Shown here piece by piece: positions 11,601-22,600 of a stretch of 64,000 nucleotides of DNA. The DNA is from Azolla caroliniana (lineage: Eukaryota > Plantae > Polypodiophyta): positions 2,790,001 to 2,854,000 of the forward strand of contig JBHGNT010000021.1 in NCBI GenBank assembly GCA_043228905.1, given 5' to 3'. The notes beneath the pieces were generated by a model. The model made no database searches. It saw nothing but the letters and a program-made list of their open reading frames with translations, and was not told where the DNA came from. The position numbers and the translations under genes are program-made. Each line of letters opens with the position of its first letter. Position 1 is the stretch's first letter.

Positions 11601-13503
11601 AGAGAGAGAGAGAGGGAGAGAGAGAGAGAGAGAAGAGAAGAGAAGTCTTGCAGATACGCAACAGGGAGAAGGAAAGAGAAACAAAACGACACACTTAATT
11701 ACAGTAACAGTCGAATACAATATCCAGAGATTGCAAACTCTGACGATTACAACCGGCAAGGCGGCGATGGACCCGACACGGGGATCCTACTCACGCACAC
11801 AGACAGAACACACTCGACTCAAAGAAACAAAAGGGGGAGAGCCTCTGTTGGAAGCGCACAGGCTGTCCATGAAGCAGAGGCTGTGAACTCCCGACCCCAC
11901 AGAGACCGACGATCGGAGGAGAAGAGAGAGCTTGGCACTCAGTTTTGCAGCAGCACCCCCTCCTCGCCAACGCGCAATCTTTCTTTCTTCCTTCTCTCCC
12001 TCCTTAAATATCTCCCCGAAAAGGGGGTGCCCCTTTTCTCCCTAGTCAAACCGCTTTATTCCCTGTCCCTTTCGACAGAGATACGCACAATCCCCTAATA
12101 AATGTATACTACCTAGTATTTACATCAGCCGACCCAAATATCAATTCATGCGTCCATCCGTGTAAGAGCCGATTCATGTCCCTCTTTCTCCGATTCTGCC
12201 TATGGCTGGGTTTCTTCACGACATCCACCCCCACCAAACTGCGCATCCACCGGCATGCGCCAGAGACGGGTAGACACCGAAGAAAACCGGCTTCAGTCGT
12301 CGCTCTCCGATTCTTCGCCAGGCCCGAACTGATCGTTGTCGTTGCTCTCGCTCGCCGGCTCCGACTCGTCTTTGAACCGCTTCTTGAACGCTTTGATCCG
12401 CTTCCCGGCCACCGACATTGCTAATTGTGTCCCGTCGAGTTTCACGAGGTGGTACGTGCCGTTGTCGTTCGCGCTCGTCATCGTGTAGGGCCCGAACCAC
12501 CTCTTAGCGAACTTTCGCACTGCCTTGTGCTGATTGTCGAGGTTGCTATCGTACACCAAGACCCAGTCCTTTCCGGAGATGTGCCGTATCTCCGGGTTTA
12601 GGAACTTAATGTACGCTATCCACCGGAGCATTGCTAGATTCGGCGTCACGCATCTAGAAACCATGCCGAGTATCGGCAGTCAGTCTGTCTCGATTGTTAC
12701 CTCCGTCCCGATCAGGTAGTCCCGGTCGGCCTTGACTACTGAAACGATACCCCATAGTTCGCGCTTGACTTGGGCGTATTCTCACTGTCGCTCGCTCAAT
12801 ACCTTCGCCCCGAACCGGATCGGGAACCGTGCGCCGTCCTCGTCCTCCTGGTTGATCACCCACTCGATCCCGGTCGGGCTCGTGTCCACCGCTACGTAGA
12901 TGGGGGCCCCCTTACCATAAACCGCTTTACAGAGAGCTAGCGCTACCGTAAGCGCCTCTTTTAGTCTCCGGACCGACTCCGTGTGCTCCGTCCTCCACTC
13001 AAAGCTACGCCCCTTTTTCAATAGTCCGTAGAGGGGTTCCGCGACATGTGCGTAGTGCGGGATCCAGATGTGGTAGAACGCGCATGCTCCCAAGAATCTG
13101 CGGACCTCCGTGATCGACCCGCAATCGTTTCTCATCACGGAGATGGCTTCTACCTTTGCCAGAGACGGTTTCCTACCGTAAGGCCCGCACAGGTGTCCAA
13201 CCACCAAGATCTCCAACTACCCGAACGCCGATTTCTCTCCGGAGAAGGTGAGTGGTGCGTTCTCGAGCCTCTGCAACACCTTTTCGCAGTTGTTGATGTG
13301 GTTCACGACGAACCTCCGACATCCGTCTAGCCCGATAGTCTCATCCACATCATCCACCGGACACCCTTTTATCGGGATGTCATCCAAGAATGGCATGGTG
13401 ATGTCTGGGATGCAGTCCCTCAACACCTTGTTCATTGCGTTCACCATATGCGCCACTGAGTTCGTCCCGCCTTGCGGTAGGGTGCACATCTGTACTAGGC
13501 CGA

Positions 13504-14075
13504 TGTCGTGAAGAAAACTGGCCATAGGCGGATTCGGGCAAAAAGGTGCATGAACCGGCTCTTACGCGGATGGACGCATGACTTGATATTTTGATATTGA
13601 TCCATAAATGGATCAACTGATGTAAATACTAAGTAGTGCACATTTATTAGGAGGGATTGTGCGTATCTCTGTCAGAAGGGACAAGGAATAAAGCGATTTG
13701 ACTAGGGAAAAGGGCACCCCTTTTTTTTGGGAACTATTTAAGGAGAGGAGAGAAGGAAGAGAAGGATCGCGCGTTAAGGAGGAGGAAGTGTTGCAGGACC
13801 GAGAGCGGAACTCTCTCCTCCTCCTCCGACCGTCATTCTCTGTGGGAGTGGGGAGTTCGATGCCTCTACTTCGTGGGTAGCCCGTGCGCTGCCAGCAGAG
13901 GCTTTTCCTTCTGCATTTCTCTGGGTCCAGTGTGTTTCGTCTATGTGCGTGAGTAGGGTCCCCGTGTCAGGCCCATCGCCGCCTTGCCGATTGTAACCGT
14001 CGGAGTTTGTAATCTCTTGTTATTGTAATCAAGTGTTCCGTTTATAGCTCTCCTTCTCGCTTCTGCGTGTCCGTG

Positions 14076-14128
<53 letters not shown>

Positions 14129-14189
14129 CCTCGGTCCAAGACCCTCGTGGTCCCGCCCCTTCTACGCGCACGCACGTAACAGCATGAAA
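13504..14189 (+). mobile_element. Solo LTR of the Trp-PBS group inserted in RT; 4-bp TSD CCGA
   Basis: Starts TGTCGTGAAGA and ends in a degenerate GTAACAGCATGAAA. CCGA lies at 13500-13503 and 14190-14193, and removing the insert restores TPLGLVQMCTL. Confidence 0.85.
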
Positions 14190-15213
14190 CCGAGAGGGGT
14201 TCGCATCGTCGTGATATCCCTACTCTCCACGGCTAGGTGGAACTGGTTGTACCCCGAGTATAAGTCACCGACCGAATAGATCGACCTTCCAGCGAAGGCC
14301 TCCACGAACTCGTCTATGGTCGGTCCGATTCCTGCATTACGGATGGTCACCCTGTTGACCGGTTGCAGGTCCCGAATGAAGCGCAACTTGCCATTCTTCT
14401 TCGGCATCGTAAACCACCGATTCGAATACGGGGCACTCGACGGTTCGAGGATGCCCATCTCCACCTTTTGCTTCAGAAGCTCCATCAACTTCGAGATGTG
14501 AGCTCTCGGTACCGGAATCGGTTTGAGATTCCACGGTACATGCGGTACCGTGAAGATCACCATCGGTTCGACGATTGTCGGGTCCACGCACCCGATCTCC
14601 TCCGGCGAAAACGCGAAGGCTTTTCCATGCCTTCCGAGCATTCTTCAAAACTTGTCCTCCTCCGCCGGCAGTAGGAAGCCACCCCCACTGACCTTGAGCT
14701 CCCGTAGCGTTATGTTGGTGAACCAGTGCCCTATGCCAGCCAGATTCCGTAAACTTGGGTCCGACGTGACCCCCTTTATCCGCTCCTCGCTGCAGCAAGG
14801 GTGCCACGATTGGCCTCACCTTCCGGTCCATAGTCTTCTACTTTGTATCCACTCGGGCCGTCCGATCCGACCCGATCCTTTCCCCGAAGTCCGCGATGAC
14901 TTCGTACATTCCCATCGAACCAACTGGAACGGTCCGGTCTTCTCTAAGGTCTTCACCGATCACCTTTCGCAACTCGCCCAAGGTGTCATCAAAAGAGACC
15001 GCCTCCACGGCGCCATTGATCCCTTCGTCAGGGAAGAGGACTCTGCATCCCCTGAGCCGCTCCTCCGCTCGCTTCCTCTCCCGGCCCGGCCGTTGACGCC
15101 GGTTATAGTACAACCTCCGTTTTCGGAGAACCAAAACTTCCTACCTACTGTACATGTGTGGGGTTCTTCCGATACGTCCGGACTACCACGGCCCCACGCC
15201 TTGATAGCCCTCT

Positions 15214-17020
15214 CTAAAAATCCCCCTGGCTGTCGCCGCCAAGGGTCTCGCGATTCCTCTCATGGTTCGGACGTACGGTCATGAATTGGACGGAATGCGG
15301 ACCGTCCTGGCTCTTGACGCGCGCGTACGCCGAACCGTTATCCAACACCTTCGTCTCCATGCGTGCTACCATAATGTATGGTTCGCCGAGAATCACCGAG
15401 TGCGAGGATGTTTCCTGCACGAAGAACTGTTGATCTATCTCGGCGTCACCGACCTTTACGCGTATATTCGGGCACGCACCATGTAGCTCCTCTGTAGCAC
15501 GCGTCACCGCACGTATCTTCCACCCATGCCTGGTGTTGATCGGCCATTTACCCCTCTTGTAGAAATCCATGGACATCAGGTTGATTTCGGATCCATGGTC
15601 TACCAAGGCCACCACCGGTTCCGGAACGTCGCCGATCCGCACAGGGGTCTCCATAGTTGCCCTGGCCCAATGCGGCTTCGCGTAGTGGCTTTCCGCCAAC
15701 TCGTCTTCTAGGGCCGCGTCTTCTAAGTGCGTAGTCTGTACCTCCACCGGCTTCTCCGGTTCTGGCTCCGTCGAGAGCCTCTTCCACTTCACCAAGTCTA
15801 CGATGGAGTTGTGGAACTCCCTCTTGGCGATTCCCAGCACCTCCCGCAACGACAACTCCACTTTACTGTCGAGGATCTGCTCTTCAAGGACCTTTCGTAG
15901 GTCTATTGCTCTCTCAATTTCGGTGCTCAACCGAAACCCCGCCTGCTTCTTTCCGTCTGGCGCGCTTGGGTTGCCGGCACCGGTCGGTTTCGGTCCGAAT
16001 CGGGTCTTGTACCTCTGCGGGGGACCGACGCTCCCGACCTTTCCTGCCCGTTTGTCTTCCACCAGAACCTCGTAGTTCTGGCAAGCGGCTTCTACGAAGC
16101 CCGTTTTCTCTTCGATCGGATCGTCCCATCTGGTGACCTCTTGGACCCGTTGTTCCGCCGGTCCGCCTCTTCCTTCTTCAGCCGAACTCCGGAGAGGCCT
16201 TCTAGCACTAGCGGCCAGAATCCGGAGTCCTTCACCTTTCGGGTCTCATCACCTCTGACTCGAATTCCCGTCGACAATGAGTAGTTAACGGCTTCTATGT
16301 GCCGTGCCGCGGCCTCTTCCATCAACCTCTTCATTCCGCCGCGCCCCGTATTTAGTTCTAGGGCTCTCCGGGTCTCGCATGCGTGCACCCGCCCGTTCCA
16401 GAGGTACACCACGTTGGTCCTGAGCGCGTCGGCGAAATCCGCACAATCCTTCCGAATGTGACCGATCGCGTCACACGACATGCACCACTGCCCAGCCGGC
16501 GGCCTCCGGTCACAAGGTTGTTCACAACTATCCCTCCGTGCCTGTGCGATCTGCAGGTCGCGCACCATCTGTGTCAGCTCCTCCAGAGCCGCTCCTCCGG
16601 ATGGGCCTGTGATCACATCTTTCGATGCCGACCCCAACTCCAGCCAAATTTGAGTCTCTTCCTTCCTACTAGTTGGCACTGATACCGGCTCCTCGAGCCT
16701 CCTCGCCAGGACTGGCCCCGACCCCGACGAGCTTTCGTCGCTCCAATCGCGCCATTTGTCGAAACGGCTGCAGACCCGTTTTACCACGGCCTAGTCTGCC
16801 GTGAGCCCTTCGTCTGTTTCCAATAATGGACCCACCTTTTCCCTGTCGAGCGCGTCCACCGACTTGACAAACAGTAGTACTCGACTCGTTTCGAGCATGG
16901 TTTGGTCCATCGTCGACAGCCGCGCGAATCGTTTTTCGAACTCCTGGAGGAGCGCCGACGTCTTCCTCCCTTTTCCGGGGCTTTCCACCACCGCCATGAA
17001 GTCCCGCCTCGACAGGGAGG
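15214..17020 (-). pseudogene. Gag-protease remnant ending ...QGDF* at the frameshift site
   Basis: ORF pieces 16791-17042, 16092-16787 and 15214-16062 are collinear with the intact Gag-PR at 39525-41639. Confidence 0.8.
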
Positions 17021-17501
17021 TACTAAGTTCAACTTGTGTCACAAAAACCTTGTTAACTCAATTCGATGAATTGGAACCATCTCTATGCATTGGCTCTACA
17101 AATCTAGGGTTATCGAACCAAATGGCTCCTAGTTTGGGCTAGATTTATTTGTCTAATGCTTCATCTAGTGGGTTAAGCACTTGAAACCAATTTGATGGTA
17201 TAGGGCTACTAGGATTACTAAATGTATTATGTAATTGGGAAATCAAGATCAGATTTAGTACTAGCACTTGTTTAAATTAACGTCTAGGTCGATGAAGACC
17301 ATCGCTATGTATCCCTGGCCACCACAATATAGACATAGACAGTGTGCTAGATGTCACTACTTTTCAATTTCCATTAAGGGTTCTTCACCACATGTGGTGA
17401 TGATCTTCATTGGAGTAGGGCCACCTATTGACTTAGGGTTAGGTGCTTGCATATATAGATTCTACTATCGTCTTTAGAGGTCAAATATGACTAATGAGAC
17501 C

Positions 17502-17606
17502 TGTGAAGAATTAGGTAAGTAATTAAGCAAGGGTTAATTAGTACCTAATTATGTGATTAGTTGATAAGCGGAAGATTATGTGATATGTGTGTGTATGTGT
17601 GTGAGA

Positions 17607-17656
<50 letters not shown>

Positions 17657-17988
17657 CACTTATGAACAACACAAGATGGGGGATGAGTAACTATATTAAA
17701 TTAGCATTATCATCTTCAAATACAAAATACCTACAATGAAGTATATATAGATCTCATGTGCAAGGGTGCACATGTGTGAGGATCATATAGGTACAAAAGT
17801 GTAAGTCCTATATTAAATGTACTTAGGAGTGGAGGATCTAGAATATCCCACTTAAGTACAAGGTCCTATTTAAGGCGTTATAGTCAACACTTCTAACTAG
17901 ATTCTATCTAGGTCACTACGAAGTTACATGGTTGACTAAATAACTAACTCTGGTTGAGCTTGATCTCTCAACAACCCCCTCAAGCTCA
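17502..17988 (-). mobile_element. Copia-type 3' LTR with PPT (remnant)
   Basis: Minus strand reads TGAGCTTGAGGGGGT-TGTTGAGAGA, a PPT followed by TG. The LTR spans about 17502-17973 and contains (GA)n. Confidence 0.5.
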
Positions 17989-18296
17989 AGTGTGAGGCGT
18001 CCGACATTTGCTTTGGATTTTGTCGGCTTCGTGTGCTTCCGTCCGGCCTTCGGCTTTCTTCACTGTGGCAATCTCTGTTCCTCCCCCTCAAGCCGGTGAC
18101 GAAGGCTTGTAGTGTGTGGGCGAAGGTCAACTGCTTCCACCCATCGTGGGTTACGAGCCGCTTCGGTGGAGCTCTTGGGCTCTTGTTCAGCCGCTACCTT
18201 CATCGCGATGGCGTAATGATGGGCCATGTACTCGTTGTAGCCGTGCCGAGTGACGTGGTTCTTAGCTCTAGATGAGCGTCAGTTATGTACACATAA

Positions 18297-19140
18297 CGTT
18301 GGTGAGGGTAGGTCACCAATATTTACATTAGTGAAGGGTATGTTCACTAATGTTAAAAAGGGGACGAATGATTGGATAGAAGGAATGATAAGTGCATGCA
18401 CTATCATGATTTGGACAACCAATGAATGGAGAGCCTTTTAGAAAGGCACATCTATTCAAGGGGCATAGGAAAAGGTATAAATATGAGGCTTAGCTACCCT
18501 CATAATGAGATTACGTCGGAAGACTGCTGTCTTAGACACCGGTGGTGCGGGCTAGGCCTTCGTCTCGACGATCGTGTTTATCTCTTCCAAGATATTAGTC
18601 ATCCTAATATCCGGCGGTATGAGACGTCGGTGGTAGGTTGGCTATGTCTAGATCATAGCTCGGGGGTGGTTGGGTGGAACGGGTTCTTCTATCCATTCTA
18701 TTTTCCTTCTTTTACTTTAGTTTGGTTTTTTTATTAGTGATAGACTCTTAACAGTGGTATCAGCGTATTTACTAACAATTTTTTTTGTTGTTTTGATGTT
18801 TTTTGCGTGTGAGCGATGGGGATCTAACAAGGCTCGTCATGCTCTTCACAGGATCAAAACAACATTCTTAACCCAATATTCTTCTTTCTCGATCTCTCTC
18901 TTCTTTCTATGATGCGTTCTTTATGGTCGAATCAAATTTGTATTACGTTTTCTTTTCTTTGCTTTCTTCTTTCTACCACGATACGATTTTAATTATTATT
19001 GTGCATCGGGTTGAGCGTGTTTGCACTAATCGCACATGCTCAACTCATGGCCTTTTGCATATTGCGATGTATCTCACACTCTCCCCTCTCTTAAGCCATC
19101 TCTTATGATAATAATTATTGTTGTGCATTGGGTCAAGCAT
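18297..19140 (+). mobile_element. Degenerate Copia-type 5' LTR with iMet PBS
   Basis: TTAACA-G-TGGTATCAG at 18748-18763 and a TATA-like TATAAATA near 18476. The left boundary is uncertain. Confidence 0.4.
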
Positions 19141-19697
19141 TGTCGTGGAGAAAATCGTCCCTAGGAGGAATCGGTGGATGGCGCGCGTGAACCAGCCTTT
19201 ACACACGTGCACATGTTCTGATGTATTTACATACATAGTTAATAACAAGCTGACGATGTAATTGTCCTAGGTAGCACCAATTCATTGAGTAGGGAATCGA
19301 AGAGGATCTCTGTCCGAAAGGGCAGAGAATAACAGTGATTTAATAGTCTGTAAACGGCTCTCTCTCCTTGTGCTATAAAAGGAGATGAAAAAGGGCATGA
19401 GTAGGGATCACGCGTTTTGAGAGGACGAAGTGCTGTCGGACTGGGAACCGAGCTCTCTCCTCCACCACCGTTGTTGCAGGGATTTTGGGTTAGGTTGGTT
19501 GCCTCTGCTACGTGAAAGCTCGTGAGCTTCCGGTAGAGGCTGCACCATGTATTTCAGTGCGTGTGTTCATTTGTCACCAGCTTGCCGGTTGTAACATTGC
19601 AAGTTGTAACCTATATTGTTATTGGAGTTGATTCTTTCATTTCTGTCTCTCTAAGTTTCTGCGAATCTCTCTTCCTCTTATCTCTCACGCTCCTCGG

Positions 19698-22600
19698 TGT
19701 CGAATACATGTGTATAATGGACGTATTCACACCATCCCGTTTTGGCCATTTATGTAATTAGCATAAAGGGTAGTTGCCCTAAGTCGGTCACTATATATAG
19801 TGACCTTGTAACCTCTTTGTGAGGTTGGTTGTTGTATTATTGCCTTATGAAATAAGAAGTTCTTTTGTGCCTCTCTCTCTCTCTCTCTCTCTCTGTGCAA
19901 CGACATAGAAACTGTCATACGCAGGGAATAAACAGGAATCGAGTGCTTCTTGATCTTCCGCACTGACGACATTGCTTACAACATCTGGTATCAGAGCCTG
20001 CACAGTAGTCGGTTCTTCAATCCGCTGTCGGCCGTCGTCTCTGCATTCAGTTTCCTGCGTCATTCGAAGAAAGAGAGAAGAAGAACGAAAACGAGGTTTG
20101 CACCTCATCGCGTTAGATCCCCTTGCTTGGAGTAAGCCAGCAGGTTGTACTCTGTCCCTTGTGATCGTAACCGCTCGAGGTGAAATCCCCTTGTGCAACT
20201 TTGACAACAACCCAAATTCGTGCTTCATCTGGCTGATCGACATTCGGGAGGATCAGTCGGATCCGTCTCTCTCGTCGCTGCAGTCACCCGAAGCCGAATC
20301 GGTCCAGATAATCGGTTTCAATAATCGGTATTCGGCATATATATCCGAAACGAACCGGGCTCACTCCGACTCGGCAACATTCGGGAAGACCAGTCGGTTC
20401 TGTCCCCCAAGTTACCGGAGTCAATTCGAGCAAGTTCCGAAGCCGAACCGACTCGGGTTCAAATCCGACTAGAACGATATCGGGTGAGCCAACCGGCTGC
20501 ACTCCAACAAGGTTCGTAGTCAACTCCGAACCGAGCTTCGTCAACCGAAACCGAATTTGATGGCATCAACATCCGGCTCGTCAGAAATGAGTCTACGAAA
20601 GTTCGATGGATCGAACTTCAACTTCTGGAAGGAACAAATGCAGGACTATCTCATAGTCAAGGGACAAATCGATCCCATCGAAAATGAAGAACCTCCAGAA
20701 GGATACAAACCAATTGAGTGGCAGAAGCTGGACAGAATCGTCCGCGCCACGATTCGGATGCACCTATCGGAATCGGTATACTTTACGGTGCAATCGTGTA
20801 CGACAGCATTCGAACTGTGGAAAACACTGTCGGACACTTACGAAAAGAAGGTCGCCGCAACGAAGATGTTTCTGATCCGGCGCCTCTACAACTTGCGGAT
20901 GAAAGAATCCGATTCGGTCCAAGCACACCTCAATGAGTACGAAAGTATAAGCTCCCAAATCTCGTCACAGGGGACGGCAATCGAGGATGAACTCAGAGCA
21001 ATGATACTCATGAGCAGCCTTCCCTCATCATGGGAAACTTTCGTCACAACCGTGTGCAACGCGTCAACCACGGCTGTTAAATACTCCGAAGTCACGAGCG
21101 CAATCCTGACCGAAGCAGCTCGGAGAAAGTCTTTTGCCAAAGACTCAACAGACGACGCTTACGTAGTACAAGGTTCGACAGACCGATCGAACATACGAGG
21201 AAGAGATTCCTCACGACCGCCGAACAATCAGCGAAGACGGAGCCAGTCACGGGATAACCGAATCTGCAACTATTGCAAGAAACCCGGACACATCAAAGCC
21301 GACTGCCGCGCACTCAAGAACAAGAACAACAAGAAGAGTGGCCGGCATGAGGAGATCAATTACGTCAGCTCCTCAGCTGATGTACTACCGGACGACCCGA
21401 ATATACTATCAATCGAAAATCCAGTCGGATCAGAAGTTCTGCTCACGACTGAAGAATCGAGCACATGGCTCTTGGATTCGGGCGCGTCATTTCATGTGAC
21501 TCCTCATCGGTCCCAATTTCGGCAATATACGATCCGTCACTCCGACTCAGTTCGGGTCGGCAACTCACAACACTGTGACATCATCGGAATCGGCACAGTA
21601 GAGCTCAACCTTGCAGGGGGCTCTACACTTGTACTCCACAATGTTCGACATGTACCCGAGCTCTCAAGGCCATTGATCTCAGTCGGACAACTAGATGAAG
21701 ACGGCATTCGTGCCGGTTTTTCTTCGGGAGGGTGGACACTCCACAGGGGGAACCTCCTGCTTGCTAGAGGACCCAAGATACACTCCCTGTATCCGTTACA
21801 TGTTACGCTCAGAGAGGGTAACCTGTTTTTGGTGGATATTCCTGTGTCATCACTATGGCACCTAAGATTAGGACACCTCAGCAAGGCCGGCATCACGCAT
21901 CTATCTAGAGCCGGATACATCCCCAAACTCTCCTTCTCCGACCATCAATTCTGCGAGCATTGCCAGTATGGCAAACAAGTAGCCGCATCACACCCGACAT
22001 CAGCACCAAGAGAAACGAGACCTCTTGATTTAGTCCATTCGGACGTCTGTGGCCCAATGCCGCATCAGTCTCTAGGCGGTGCCTCTTACTTCGTCAGTTT
22101 TATTGACGATTCGACTCGAAAGGTGTGGGCTTATCCAATTCGCACCAAAGATCGTGTCTTCTCGATCTTCACCGATTGGCTCGCTATGGTGGAAAATCAA
22201 GCCGACCGAAAGCTGAAATGCCTTCGGACAGACAATGGGGGAGAGTTCAAATCCGAAGAATTCGTCAAATTCTGCCGACAACGCGGCATCCGACGTGAAT
22301 TTACGGCACCACACAGTCCGGAGCAAAACGGGATTGCAGAACGAATGAATCGGACAATCCAAGAACGGATAGTTTCCATGCTCCAACACTCCCGACTGTC
22401 GGATGGCTTCTGGGCAGAGGCTCTACTCACGGCAGTACACATAATCAATATGTCGCCAAGTAGACCTCTAGGACTTCAAATTCCTCAGGAACTATGGATC
22501 GGCAGTAAGCCGAATTACGACAAGCTGAGGACCTTCGGATGCGAGGCGTACGCCCTCATTCCGAAAGATGATCGCCGAAAACTTGCACCTCGGTCCAGGA

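Larger units (their letters stand above)
11539..17025 (-). mobile_element. Degenerate, 5'-truncated Ty3/Gypsy element of the Trp-PBS group
   Basis: 3' LTR 11539-12223 (minus strand TGTCGTGAAG...GTAACAACGCGACA) with PPT GGTGGGGGTGGA. Remnants of IN C-terminus (KRWFGPY), RH, RT (MPFLDDIPIKG), protease (LVDHGSEIN) and Gag with CMSCDAIGHIRKDC. It carries several stops and frameshifts. Confidence 0.9.
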
